In this document: positions 19,992 through 30,374 of the stretch, piece after piece
Numbering within the stretch: the first letter of the stretch is position 1
Layout of the letters: each line of letters begins with the position of its first letter
From: a virus
Lineage: Duplodnaviria > Caudoviricetes
Length of the DNA stretch: 64,000 nucleotides
IMG/VR virus record: IMGVR_UViG_3300028738_000008
Strand: one strand, 5' to 3'
Translations under genes and position numbers: made by a program
The notes under the pieces: generated by a model
Seen by the model: the letters and a program-made list of their open reading frames with translations, nothing else
What the model was told of the DNA's origin: nothing
Databases searched by the model: none

Positions 19992-20210
19992 ATGACAGAT
20001 ATAAAAGAATTTACGCCAACTGAATTATTGCATGAGATTAACATTGTAAAAGTGTCCCATGATAATCTGAAAGACAATGTCATTGATTTAACACACATAA
20101 TTGACGATACAACGGCACTTATTAATGAGAAGCTGGATTACATAAGAGAACTTGAAAAGAAGTATATCGAATTGATTGAAGAACTTGATAACCGAAAATT
20201 AATAGAATAA
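19992..20210 (+). CDS. Small coiled-coil hypothetical protein
   Basis: Tight packing; heptad-like Leu/Ile pattern. Confidence 0.6.
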   Translation: MTDIKEFTPTELLHEINIVKVSHDNLKDNVIDLTHIIDDTTALINEKLDYIRELEKKYIELIEELDNRKLIE

Positions 20211-20211
20211 A

Positions 20212-21099
20212 ATGTACGATAGAAAAACATTACAAACGCACAGGATATTTGAAAGCGAAAGCACTGGTGGTAACACCACTCGAACCATATATTATGGCGA
20301 GGTTATATCTATAACCGATTCTACCGATGGCGGAAGAATAAGGGTAAAGATATTGGAACTTGATAATAAGAAGGACGAGAATGATTTGCCTTATTGTAGC
20401 CCAATGCTTCCAAAATATTATCACATTTACCCTAAAGTGGGCGAAGTAGTGCGTGTATTTATAATGGATACTAAATACCCTAACAGAAATAGATTTTGGA
20501 TGGGTAGCGTGATTTCACAACCCCAGAAGATTGAGTTCGATTCAGTTTATACAGCATTATCAACAACTGAGATGGGTGCAGTTCAGCCTTTAAAATCGGT
20601 GAAAACAAATCCGAACACTACTGGTGTATTTCCAGAGATTGATGATGTCGGCATTATTGGTAGAGTGAATACCGATATAATTTTAAAAAAGAATCAGGTT
20701 ATTATTCGTGCTGGCAAGCATATGAATGGCGATATTAATACGCTTAATACAAAAAATCCATCGTCATTAACAATGACATTTGAACCCATTATTAATAGCT
20801 CAGATTATTATAGTAACTCAATCCTTGTTTCAGATAAAATAGCACTACTATCGCATAATGGTAATCCTAATTTTAAATCGACAATACTTACGCCACAGGA
20901 CAGGATAAATATCTTTGAAAATGGTCACCCAATAGGTCGTGGGGACATTATTGTTTACGTTTTAAATATGTTTAGAAAAGCATTGTTGTCGCATAAACAT
21001 GGATACTCTAACACGCCGCCTTTACTCGAAACAATTTTAACTGATATCGAAAAATTCGACTTCGATAGTATTTTACAAAAGAATATTGTTACAAATTAA
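20212..21099 (+). CDS. Baseplate central spike (gp5/VgrG-like N-terminal OB fold)
   Basis: YYGEVISITDSTDGGRIRVKI...LPYC...PKVGEVVRVF; C-terminal HKHGY. Confidence 0.8.
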   Translation: MYDRKTLQTHRIFESESTGGNTTRTIYYGEVISITDSTDGGRIRVKILELDNKKDENDLPYCSPMLPKYYHIYPKVGEVVRVFIMDTKYPNRNRFWMGSVISQPQKIEFDSVYTALSTTEMGAVQPLKSVKTNPNTTGVFPEIDDVGIIGRVNTDIILKKNQVIIRAGKHMNGDINTLNTKNPSSLTMTFEPIINSSDYYSNSILVSDKIALLSHNGNPNFKSTILTPQDRINIFENGHPIGRGDIIVYVLNMFRKALLSHKHGYSNTPPLLETILTDIEKFDFDSILQKNIVTN

Positions 21100-21132
21100 A
21101 AAACCGTATATCTCTATACGGTTTTTTAATTT
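21093..21132. terminator. Bidirectional intrinsic terminator between convergent genes
   Basis: ttaaaaaaccgtata-tctc-tatacggttttttaa perfect hairpin. Confidence 0.85.
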
Positions 21133-21144
21133 TGTGTAATGCTG

Positions 21145-21633
21145 TTAAACATTCAAAATACATCTCCAAGGTTGGATTTTTACATTTACGGTAGCAAGTC
21201 CATCATCGTCATAGCTGTTTTCGCCAAAATCGATAGATGTTATCATACATTGCTCCAAGAACCATTTCTCAACCTCAACACCGACTGGATCGAGTGCCTT
21301 AAGATAAATGTTCTTTTTGTAACCAGCAGCATAACCCATACGTCCTGTTAGTGATTCGACATGCAATCTTACCCATTCCATAAGTTGCTGTGATGTTGAA
21401 GGCCCGATCACGTCAAGAAAGGTAAGGTCGAGTTCTTGCCAAGCATATGCACCTGCGACATAATTAGTCTCATTCATATACTTAATATCAACCTTATTTA
21501 TATTCAGTGATGGTCTCTTGAATTTTTGTATAGCCCATACTTCAATGCCAAGTTCGTCTGGAAATTCGGCGAAGAAACGATTAATACGTTTTGGTTCATA
21601 TGCGAATGGAATACCCCTAATTAAATCTGCCAT
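21145..21633 (-). CDS. Tail tube protein (T4 gp19-like)
   Basis: YEPKRINRF, YVAGAYAWQELDLTFLD, VEKWFLEQC, DFGENSY; follows sheath. Confidence 0.9.
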   Translation of the reverse strand: MADLIRGIPFAYEPKRINRFFAEFPDELGIEVWAIQKFKRPSLNINKVDIKYMNETNYVAGAYAWQELDLTFLDVIGPSTSQQLMEWVRLHVESLTGRMGYAAGYKKNIYLKALDPVGVEVEKWFLEQCMITSIDFGENSYDDDGLATVNVKIQPWRCILNV

Positions 21634-21647
21634 GTTGTCTTTTTTAT

Positions 21648-21655
21648 TATAAATA
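21648..21655 (-). promoter_or_regulatory. Putative late promoter motif TATTTATA (sense)
   Basis: 14 nt upstream of tail tube start 21633. Confidence 0.6.
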
Positions 21656-21707
21656 CTAATTTTTTTAAAAATTGAGCTTACATAATTTATAAGCTCAATT
21701 TATATAT

Positions 21708-24476
21708 TTAAATTTCTGAAAATGATGCTCCAGATGGTGCAATGGTAAAACCGATACCAATCTTTTCTAGTGAACGAGTCGGTTTAAGATAAATTTCACC
21801 GTATAATTCGTTTCTGTCTAAGGTTTCTGGCGTGTTGATCGTATCATCCATAACAACCTTGAATTCAAGCAAGCCTCTGTCTCTCTTAATACCGTCAAGG
21901 ATAGGATTAGTTTTTTGTTTGAACTGGTCAATTGTTGCTTGATCATTTTGTTCGAAAATCAATCTCATTGCGATATTAGAAATCAATACCTTGATTTGAA
22001 GTAACAATCTTCTTACGTTAATTCTATCAAGTGCGCTTTCTCTAACTTGTAAGGTTTTCTGACCAAATATAGCTGTTCCAGTGTTTGAAAAGTCAACCAT
22101 TGGGTTAATTCTACCTTTGTATAAAACGTCACGTGCTTCCTGACTCAATTTATATTTTGATCTTCTTGCATCGGTTACACCACGTTCAAGACCAGCAGGT
22201 GCATACCAAGGGAATTTCTTCGTATCAGTATAAGCAATTGCTTTAGCAACCTCGCCTGTGGGCGGTATATAAACATTCACATTGTTCTGAGTGTCTTTAA
22301 CCTGAATGAAAGGAAAATAAGTACAAGCGTAGCTACTGTCAATATCTGTGCTGTTTAACAAGTCAACAATATCGTTTGAAGCAACCACATCAGTATTATT
22401 ATTATCACCTATTGACATTGCTATGTCGATATTTGGTGCATCAATAATATATAAGCTATCAGTTCTTTGTTCTTCGATCATTTCAATTGTCTTTGTTACC
22501 AAAGTAGTATTGTCTGACCAGTTAATTGCTGGCGTCGCAAATAAATTGATGGTAATCTTTTCAGGATTTGAGAAAGTGTTTATAGCAGTTTCCCATGCCT
22601 GATAGTCATTAGCTGGCGTTACACCTGCGCCAACTCCGTCATAGATACCACCTTCACGATAAAGGTCGGTGTGAGTTCTGTTTGTTCTATTGATATCCCA
22701 TCCGTCGAATCCGCCAGAAAATGCTATAGTGAATTTTCTAGTTTTAATAGAATTATAAGCATTTGATGGTAATAAAACGTCCTGAATAGATTTAAAGCTA
22801 CTGATACCAACTTCAAATTCAAGTGGGTCAAGATTATCTGCAAGTACGATTGATGCGTCCACGTCCATATGAAAGCCCTTTGTTTTTGTAAATCCAGTAG
22901 GATTGCTTTCGCTATTCTTCCAGCCATTATAGTTGAAGAAATTTTGATTAACACCTATACCAACTGAATTAGCTGTATTATATGCAGTATTTGAAATACC
23001 TAAAGAGGTTTTCGCAATTTTATCTGTATAAGCGTAGCTTGTTTTGTAGAAAATCTTTGGCGTTACAGCTGTTTTAAATGTGTTAAACCAATATCCTTCA
23101 AAACCTGCTGGAAATGATTCTGGTTTAATATCTGCAGCTAGCTCAACCATAACATATTTACTTAACAGTTCATAGTTATCGTCGGTAGTACCAATTCGTT
23201 GTCCGATAAAATTTGTTTTTGACTGAATTAGAGAGCATCTTGTGAATGATTCCAAAATGTTCATATTAGCGTCAGTATCATAAAATGATCTGATAATTAC
23301 GTCAAATTCAAGCGTTTCAGGATTAATATTAACGATACTCACCTTGATTTCTTGGTTGGCATCATCACCGTCAGAAATTGATACAAATTTAAATAACCTG
23401 TCAACAATATTACCTTTTAGCTGAGATACAACCCAAGGTGTTTCAGGTGTTTTGAATTTTTCCTTACGATTAACAAAAATACCGTCGGTATTTTTAATAA
23501 TGTTATTGGAAATACCGAAAGCATATGAAGCAATACCTGATAGCATTGTTTCTGGCGTAAATGCGTCGCCATCAACGTCGAGTTTACTAATTAGATCAGG
23601 ATAAACCGCTTCAACCCAAATATGCGACTGTTTGGCTGTTGGAGTAGTGCCTAATACATTAGCTATAAAATTACTAGCATTTGGATTCATTGATACATTG
23701 TATGTAGCAGTTCCGCCATCTGATAACGAAACATATAAGGTAAATTCTCTGAAAAGATCACCAGTGCCATCATTTGTTAAATTTGAATCAAAATCAATAG
23801 CATTAACAGTGAATGTCGTTACGGAAGGAGCATCAACATTGTCAGTTACAGTTGCTTTGCTTCTCAATACAGCTAATACCATATCCTGATATTGAACATA
23901 AGGCGTACCTGTTAACGGAGTCTCTACGTAGTCAACATTTCCAGTACCACCAGAAATTGATGTTACTGTAAATGTGTAATAACTTCCAATAAAACTAACG
24001 CCATCTTCATTTTTAATAAAACCACTAAAAGCAGCACCTTCTTGACCAACAGTATAAACAGGTGTACCAAAGAAAGTATTATCAGTGAATTCACGACTAC
24101 CATCACTGGTTGTGCCACTTACAATTGTAGATGGATCAACGCCAGCATTAAGACTAATAGTCCAAGCCGAACCTGCATCATATCCTGATAAACCCAATAC
24201 TCTGGTGACCCACAGTTGATCAGACTCCTGTAAATATGCGTTAGCAACATAAGGCAATTGATATCTTAGGTTTCCATTGCTATATTTGCTTGTGTCTTGT
24301 GCTCCAAATTTATCCAAAAATTGTGGTCTGTCTTTAATATAAAATGGCTCAAATGCTGGGCCTTTAAGTGTTTCCCCAGCAAGTCCTAACGTTGTGATTC
24401 CAACATTACGTGTAACATAAGTTAAGTCACGTTCTTTAAATTTAACACCTGGCGAGGTGAATACAAATTCAGTCAT
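21708..24476 (-). CDS. Contractile tail sheath protein (T4 gp18-like)
   Basis: SPGVKFKERD N-terminus; PWYAPAGLERG, GQKTL, RINVRRLL C-terminal motifs. Confidence 0.95.
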   Translation of the reverse strand: MTEFVFTSPGVKFKERDLTYVTRNVGITTLGLAGETLKGPAFEPFYIKDRPQFLDKFGAQDTSKYSNGNLRYQLPYVANAYLQESDQLWVTRVLGLSGYDAGSAWTISLNAGVDPSTIVSGTTSDGSREFTDNTFFGTPVYTVGQEGAAFSGFIKNEDGVSFIGSYYTFTVTSISGGTGNVDYVETPLTGTPYVQYQDMVLAVLRSKATVTDNVDAPSVTTFTVNAIDFDSNLTNDGTGDLFREFTLYVSLSDGGTATYNVSMNPNASNFIANVLGTTPTAKQSHIWVEAVYPDLISKLDVDGDAFTPETMLSGIASYAFGISNNIIKNTDGIFVNRKEKFKTPETPWVVSQLKGNIVDRLFKFVSISDGDDANQEIKVSIVNINPETLEFDVIIRSFYDTDANMNILESFTRCSLIQSKTNFIGQRIGTTDDNYELLSKYVMVELAADIKPESFPAGFEGYWFNTFKTAVTPKIFYKTSYAYTDKIAKTSLGISNTAYNTANSVGIGVNQNFFNYNGWKNSESNPTGFTKTKGFHMDVDASIVLADNLDPLEFEVGISSFKSIQDVLLPSNAYNSIKTRKFTIAFSGGFDGWDINRTNRTHTDLYREGGIYDGVGAGVTPANDYQAWETAINTFSNPEKITINLFATPAINWSDNTTLVTKTIEMIEEQRTDSLYIIDAPNIDIAMSIGDNNNTDVVASNDIVDLLNSTDIDSSYACTYFPFIQVKDTQNNVNVYIPPTGEVAKAIAYTDTKKFPWYAPAGLERGVTDARRSKYKLSQEARDVLYKGRINPMVDFSNTGTAIFGQKTLQVRESALDRINVRRLLLQIKVLISNIAMRLIFEQNDQATIDQFKQKTNPILDGIKRDRGLLEFKVVMDDTINTPETLDRNELYGEIYLKPTRSLEKIGIGFTIAPSGASFSEI

Positions 24477-24637
24477 ATCTTGTTGTTTTATTTTTTATAA
24501 TTATTTTATATATAAATACTATTTTTTATCCCAAAAGATTCGATTAAGCAAAAATTGTTAACGATTTGAGCCAAAATATTATAAACCCGATTTATAAAAA
24601 AACAAAAACAAGTATTTATTCTTGTATATCACATAAT

Positions 24638-26767
24638 ATGAATAAAACGTTAGTAATTACTACAGGTACAACCAGTGAGGATAAGTATATTAAGCTTAAA
24701 TTAGAACAAGATATTGAAACATTAAACATTTTAAGCTTAAACATATCGACCAGTGACGTATATCAGGACTTCAATTCTGACTACGGTATTCTGATCGGTA
24801 GAGTTAATGGAAACGATAGTGTTGGAATACCTAATGCAAAGATTTCTATATTTATACCTCTAAGTGACGCTGATTCTCTTGATAGTGAAATCAGTGGAAT
24901 CTACCCATATACCACGCCAAGAATAAAAAATGCTGATGGTAAAAGATATAATTTATTGCCACGTATAGGTAAGAGCGATCCAATTACTGGAATTATTGCG
25001 CCAACACAGCCGTTTGGTTCATTTCCGATAAAGGAGGAAATAGTCACAAATATAGCTTTAATGAATGTTTATAAAAAATATTACAAATATACAGCTGTTA
25101 CCAATGATTCTGGCGATTATATGATATTTGGCGTGCCAATCGGTACGCAAACAGTACATATGAGCGTAGATATTACCGACATTGGAAAGTACTCAATGAC
25201 GCCTGCCGCAATGGTTGTCAATCTAGGATATTCGCCAAATTTATTTAACGCAAATAAAACAAGAATAAAAAAAAGTAATGATTTGGCGGACTTACCAAAT
25301 ATTGAAACACAAGATATTAGTGTAAATATAATATCGTTTTGGGGTGATACTGCAAATTATGAAATAGGTATAACGAGACAAGATTTTAGAATACGATCAG
25401 TGCTGGCAAATACTGTTACAATATTCGGCTCAGTATTTACTGACGGCGAATTGTCTATGTGGGGTCGTAATAGCGATAATGACAGAGCTATACGTGAATT
25501 ATATTCGCTAAAAGCATATCAAAATAATTTTGGACTGGATGCAAGTAGAATTAATGTTGGGATATCTTCAAAAAGAAGCGTAAATGTTACTGAAAAAATA
25601 TATTATTATCCCTCAAGTGTGACAGATGAATATATACTCGCTAATAATGCTATTGATATATCCGATGAAATGATATTATTAGATAAGAATGAATATTCCG
25701 TTTACAATAATAATGGCTCATTTGCCTTTATTATTAACTGTAATAGAAATAAAATTATAACAGATAAATCTGGAAATTCTATTTCTGTGCCAGATGATTA
25801 TAATGGCGGAATATATACAGAATTTAGAGGATTTGCCACATTCGAAATAAATGATGTCGATGCACCACTAAATATCGATGATTTTATTGGTGATAATACT
25901 TGGATAAAGGCATTTAGATATAAGTTAAAAGTTCCACAATTTGCTGTTGGCAATAATTCGTTTACAATGCCCGTTGGTGGCACGGAATCGCCTCAAACAA
26001 TCGCATGGAGAAAACAGGATCAAATATTTAAAGGCGGATCATATTACAGTGTTGCAAAATTTCATGGACTTGTTTATAATAACGAAGGCGATGACAATAA
26101 TCAGACCGATGAACCTAGTACAGGATATATTGCTCATGATGACGTTAATATTGGAATTCGTCAATATACAAATAATGTTGGGATCATTCAAACTGATGAT
26201 TCATTCTTTAATGACGTAACAGGACTAACAACTATTGAGAATAGTAAATATTTTCTACCTTCGAATATTGGAGCTGACACTAGTAGATATTTTGGTGGAA
26301 ACTGGCTAAATTTTTCGCTACATATGCCTCAAGTAGGATATTGTCACATTGGCTCTGGATATATTAAACATATGAAATCTACGACGAATTTTTCCAGAAA
26401 CTATCGAGACCCTTATTTTTATGAGAATAATGACCAACAAATAGCCGCTACAGATACCAATACAAAAGGGTTTGCGAGATCAGATTTACATTATACATCA
26501 TTTATTGAGGTTAATAAAGAGGATTTAAAAAAAATAGTAAGCCTAAACAACGGCTTTAAAATGTCTGATTTAACTGCTACAGGGATAACACTAACAACAA
26601 CCGATTTTAAAAATGGCTTAGCACAATGTCCATTAGATCGAAATGGTGTAAGCGGTGGTAGGATTAATTCAGATCCTTCTCAATCAATAGATACTGATAC
26701 ATATTTTTTTAAAGGATTGGGGTCATCTGATTGTTTTAAACTTCTAAGAGATATTGGCATAATTTAA
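24638..26767 (+). CDS. Hypothetical virion structural protein (start moved from 24566 to ATG 24638)
   Basis: Long ORF; GRVNGNDSVGIPNAKISIF carboxypeptidase-regulatory-like segment; AGTATTTATT upstream. Confidence 0.55.
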   Translation: MNKTLVITTGTTSEDKYIKLKLEQDIETLNILSLNISTSDVYQDFNSDYGILIGRVNGNDSVGIPNAKISIFIPLSDADSLDSEISGIYPYTTPRIKNADGKRYNLLPRIGKSDPITGIIAPTQPFGSFPIKEEIVTNIALMNVYKKYYKYTAVTNDSGDYMIFGVPIGTQTVHMSVDITDIGKYSMTPAAMVVNLGYSPNLFNANKTRIKKSNDLADLPNIETQDISVNIISFWGDTANYEIGITRQDFRIRSVLANTVTIFGSVFTDGELSMWGRNSDNDRAIRELYSLKAYQNNFGLDASRINVGISSKRSVNVTEKIYYYPSSVTDEYILANNAIDISDEMILLDKNEYSVYNNNGSFAFIINCNRNKIITDKSGNSISVPDDYNGGIYTEFRGFATFEINDVDAPLNIDDFIGDNTWIKAFRYKLKVPQFAVGNNSFTMPVGGTESPQTIAWRKQDQIFKGGSYYSVAKFHGLVYNNEGDDNNQTDEPSTGYIAHDDVNIGIRQYTNNVGIIQTDDSFFNDVTGLTTIENSKYFLPSNIGADTSRYFGGNWLNFSLHMPQVGYCHIGSGYIKHMKSTTNFSRNYRDPYFYENNDQQIAATDTNTKGFARSDLHYTSFIEVNKEDLKKIVSLNNGFKMSDLTATGITLTTTDFKNGLAQCPLDRNGVSGGRINSDPSQSIDTDTYFFKGLGSSDCFKLLRDIGII

Positions 26768-26771
26768 CGAC

Positions 26772-28001
26772 ATGGATAACAAATATAAAATATTACTAAA
26801 TAGCACTAAGAATATAGATTCTGTTAATTCAGACGTTAATATAAAAATTGAATTGGTTCGAAAAGACAATGGACTAAACGAATCAGAGCAAGACGAATTT
26901 GTTAGCTCTACCGACGTTTTTAACTCTGAGAGAGAGTCTCATAATAATTATAGAATTTATGGTTCGATAGAATACATGTCGATGCTAAATGGAATTAAAA
27001 ACGATTTAAGTGACGCTAGCAGGGATGATTATTTTATAACGGTTACTGGCGATACAAAAAGTTTATTAAATTCGTTTGAATTTTATTTATTAAGACCAAA
27101 GAATAATGACAGCTACACTGGCGTTACAACTAATAGCTATATTCGAACATTTGATATTATTGCTTATCCGTCAGATTTCGATATTTATAATGCTGGCTTT
27201 TCTAGGAATATATACGGTGACCAGAAATACTCATTTGTAATTAATAAAGACATTGATAATAATGGCTATTATGAGAGAAATAATATGCCAATTACTGATC
27301 TGTATATGTATGCTAATTATAAGCCAAACGTTGGCGAAACCATTTCTGGCATAACATGGAATTTCACTGGTGAAACAGTAACGGGTGCTACAAATATGTC
27401 GGATTATTGTACAATGGACATGACGACATATACGCAGATTGTGACGGCTTCTCAGGTTAATTATATTGATACACCATATGTTACAACAGGGGGTACTAAA
27501 TACTTCTCATGGAAGTACTTGCCAATGATACCAATAAAGATTAATTTACTAAGCGACGAGTTATTCAAGATTGGCTCTAGTCTGCAAATGTCCACAGGAG
27601 TTATTACAGGTATTACAGGACTTACAAGCTATGAATTCAATCCATTACAGCCAATTGAGTTGGGGGTTATATCTGGAAGCACTTCAGACGTTTATTCTGG
27701 CAGCACTTCTTACGATTTAGTGAACTCAATTCCAGAGTATGCTTATGATCTTGGCGATGGAAGATATATATGGCGAAACATATTACCTCAAGACTATATT
27801 AATCCGATAACAAGCGTTACTCTTAGCAATCCGTTTATGAATGGTAGCAGGTATGTTTTCACAAGCATTATTCTTGATGTGAGTGCCAATAAAGAAGTTC
27901 TTAATACTGCAAATGAATTTAGAAATATCGACTTTAGCTTCACAGTTATAAATAATAAGCCAGTTTCAGACCTTAATGATATAGGAAAGCCATGCAAATA
28001 A
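26772..28001 (+). CDS. Hypothetical virion structural protein
   Basis: 409-aa ORF, operon context. Confidence 0.55.
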   Translation: MDNKYKILLNSTKNIDSVNSDVNIKIELVRKDNGLNESEQDEFVSSTDVFNSERESHNNYRIYGSIEYMSMLNGIKNDLSDASRDDYFITVTGDTKSLLNSFEFYLLRPKNNDSYTGVTTNSYIRTFDIIAYPSDFDIYNAGFSRNIYGDQKYSFVINKDIDNNGYYERNNMPITDLYMYANYKPNVGETISGITWNFTGETVTGATNMSDYCTMDMTTYTQIVTASQVNYIDTPYVTTGGTKYFSWKYLPMIPIKINLLSDELFKIGSSLQMSTGVITGITGLTSYEFNPLQPIELGVISGSTSDVYSGSTSYDLVNSIPEYAYDLGDGRYIWRNILPQDYINPITSVTLSNPFMNGSRYVFTSIILDVSANKEVLNTANEFRNIDFSFTVINNKPVSDLNDIGKPCK

Positions 28002-28008
28002 TGCATAA

Positions 28009-28054
28009 TTGCGGCATGCATGTGTATAGTATATAATACACATGCATGCCGCAA
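28009..28054. repeat. 19-bp perfect inverted repeat with 8-nt loop
   Basis: ttgcggcatgcatgtgtat-agtatata-atacacatgcatgccgcaa. Confidence 0.95.
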
Positions 28055-28097
28055 ATATCACCTAACGTGTATTTATATGATATTAATAATGTAAACA

Positions 28098-28877
28098 ATG
28101 CAAATAAAAAAAACGATAATACTTAACGGCAACGATACGATGTTTCAAATCCCTTTGTCATCCAATTGTGATACCATTGGTTCTGATAACGATGTTAAGA
28201 AAATATCGTCAAGTATTTCGAATGATTTGATTAATCCCATTGTGGATAATGAAGTTAAGCGAATAACTTATGCGACTGGCGTCACTAACACAATTGTCTT
28301 CAATTACTATAACTATACTGGTACAACCTACAGTACATCACTTATTTATAGTAACAATTTTACGCAAGCAGAGTATGATTCGTATGACCCTAAATTGCTA
28401 AATAGCTTTTATATTTTCGATGTTTTTGATAGTCCCAATGTATTGAATCAGAATAGGATTTATCGAACATATTTATCAAAAATACATGCAGATAATGCCT
28501 TTGTTATATCCAATAGAACTAATCAGTTTAACTCGATTTTTATACCTTCTTATCTTTTAAACGCTTCTGGCAGCACGACATACTATGGCAGGTTTATGTT
28601 TTATAATGCTAAGTTGAATAAGGTTCTAACATTTAATAATCAGTTATATGTAGCCGATACTATTACCACTAGAAAAATGACTTTCGAGATCATCGTGAAC
28701 AATTTAACAAAAACATGGTATTTCGCAGATGGTAGTGCTATAAATGCTATAGAAATTGTTCAAACAAATAATAACTTTACCACAAAGGTAAACAACAGTG
28801 TAACTGGCTTCGAGGTGAAGAAACCTGAATACACTGCTGGAACTGCTTTTGATTATAAGAATATAAATTATTATTGA
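28098..28877 (+). CDS. Hypothetical virion structural protein
   Basis: 259-aa Asn/Thr/Tyr-rich ORF; late motif at 28070. Confidence 0.55.
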   Translation: MQIKKTIILNGNDTMFQIPLSSNCDTIGSDNDVKKISSSISNDLINPIVDNEVKRITYATGVTNTIVFNYYNYTGTTYSTSLIYSNNFTQAEYDSYDPKLLNSFYIFDVFDSPNVLNQNRIYRTYLSKIHADNAFVISNRTNQFNSIFIPSYLLNASGSTTYYGRFMFYNAKLNKVLTFNNQLYVADTITTRKMTFEIIVNNLTKTWYFADGSAINAIEIVQTNNNFTTKVNNSVTGFEVKKPEYTAGTAFDYKNINYY

Positions 28878-29632
28878 AAACTGACGCCAATTCTCGTAGT
28901 TCTTTTAGACTTAGTTATCTCAAAATCCTTTTCATCCTGAATAAAGCCCATTAGCTTTACAGTATATTTTGTGACAAATAATCTGTCGCCATCAATATTC
29001 TCAATGGGATTGTTTTCGGCAACGTCTTCAAATACCAGTGGCATCGGGTAATTCTTCACGAATACGAATGCCTGACTAGATGCAAATGCTTTCAATGTTT
29101 GTTCATCGAATAAATTTATGTCAACACGATATTTGGTAAATAACGAAATCTCAAATTTTAAATCGACGTTAATAGGCTCAGGTGTTTTAAATATCAGATG
29201 CACTAATTCGCCAGCGTCCATTATAGGTACTTCATAATATCTAAATTTCTTCAATTGGGGTATTAAGTATTTTACTGCGCCAAGTCTTGTTCCCTTACTC
29301 TTTTCTGTACGTCTTACGGTAATATATGGCGTTGCGACATTTTTATCAGCATCACTAAACTTCCATGTTTTTGAAAACTCGCCCCATCTATCATTATCAA
29401 GATAAAACGTAGGCACAATTACGCCATCAATAACAAGTTTCATTTTCTCACTATTGACAAAGTCTAAAATGGCTTGATCCAAGTCCTCAATCTGAATTGT
29501 TCGTGGTAAATATTTCGTATTTAACTTTGTATCATTCATTAATTTTTCGATTCTTTCCATGCCATAATGCATATAATCGTTTCCAACTATTGGCGGATTT
29601 GTATCGATAATTATTTTTTTTGGTAATGACAT
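28871..29632 (-). CDS. Putative tail completion/terminator protein (gp15-like)
   Basis: IEDLDQAILDFV...PYITVRR...PEPINVDLKFEISL pattern; late motif at 29643. Confidence 0.5.
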   Translation of the reverse strand: MSLPKKIIIDTNPPIVGNDYMHYGMERIEKLMNDTKLNTKYLPRTIQIEDLDQAILDFVNSEKMKLVIDGVIVPTFYLDNDRWGEFSKTWKFSDADKNVATPYITVRRTEKSKGTRLGAVKYLIPQLKKFRYYEVPIMDAGELVHLIFKTPEPINVDLKFEISLFTKYRVDINLFDEQTLKAFASSQAFVFVKNYPMPLVFEDVAENNPIENIDGDRLFVTKYTVKLMGFIQDEKDFEITKSKRTTRIGVSFQ

Positions 29633-29651
29633 ACTTTTTTAATATAAATAC

Positions 29652-29682
29652 TTGCATTTTATTATAGATATTAATACCTTTG
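29652..29682 (+). promoter_or_regulatory. Bacteroidota sigmaA-type promoter
   Basis: TTG at 29652, 20-nt spacer, TACCTTTG at 29675-29682 (consensus TTTG-N19-21-TAnnTTTG), 12 nt before ATG 29695. Confidence 0.6.
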
Positions 29683-29694
29683 CAAGAAAAATAT

Positions 29695-30045
29695 ATGCTA
29701 ATTACTAGAAAGGAAAAATTAAACGATGACGGTTCAATAGGATATATTGAATCCGTCTTCAATTCGGGAAATGTAATGAAGACAACATACTTTCCAGCTA
29801 TGGATAAGCTCTATATAGCGTTCAATCGTGGCGAAACATACAGTTATGCCAATGTGACGACGGAACTCTATAATACATTCGAAAAGGCTGACTCGCAAGG
29901 CGTATTCTTCTTCAAGACGTTTAATAAAAATTCAAAATACCCTGCTAGGAAGGAATTCACCCTTTACCCAACAGAAGTAAAGGAGATTAAGGACAGCATA
30001 AAAGACGGCATGAAACTTATTGAGAATGAAGATGGAGGAGAATAA
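29695..30045 (+). CDS. KTSC domain protein
   Basis: FNSGNVMKTTY...LYIAFNRGETYSYANV...YNTFEKADSQGVFF. Confidence 0.8.
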   Translation: MLITRKEKLNDDGSIGYIESVFNSGNVMKTTYFPAMDKLYIAFNRGETYSYANVTTELYNTFEKADSQGVFFFKTFNKNSKYPARKEFTLYPTEVKEIKDSIKDGMKLIENEDGGE

Positions 30046-30364
30046 ATTGGACTGGAAAGCGTTGGGTTTATTGAACGGGGTTGCTCCTGAAATGGAGAAA
30101 TATACCATTAATGTCTTTGAATTTGCCTTAGATTATATGAACATCCGTTTTGGCTATGCATCAAATGGATTGATATTTTCAGTGATTCTACAAATTATTA
30201 AGAATTATGCGCCGATTAAGAGTGAGATTATCGATATTATTGAAGAAGTGTCAGCGGAAGGCTGTTATGATCGTTCAAAATATACATGCTATAACGAAAT
30301 TGATTGTGAAGCACAATTCGTTAGCGAATACTGCGAAAATAAACTTAAACAATTAAACAATTAA
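30020..30364 (+). CDS. Small protein with N-terminus similar to the MCP N-terminus (start probably 30026 or 30032)
   Basis: DWKALGLLNGVAPEMEKYTINVFE aligns without gaps to MCP RWEKIGLLKGLDGHVKENCAQLFE. Confidence 0.6.
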   Translation: MRMKMEENKLDWKALGLLNGVAPEMEKYTINVFEFALDYMNIRFGYASNGLIFSVILQIIKNYAPIKSEIIDIIEEVSAEGCYDRSKYTCYNEIDCEAQFVSEYCENKLKQLNN

Positions 30365-30374
30365 AAAACATAAA

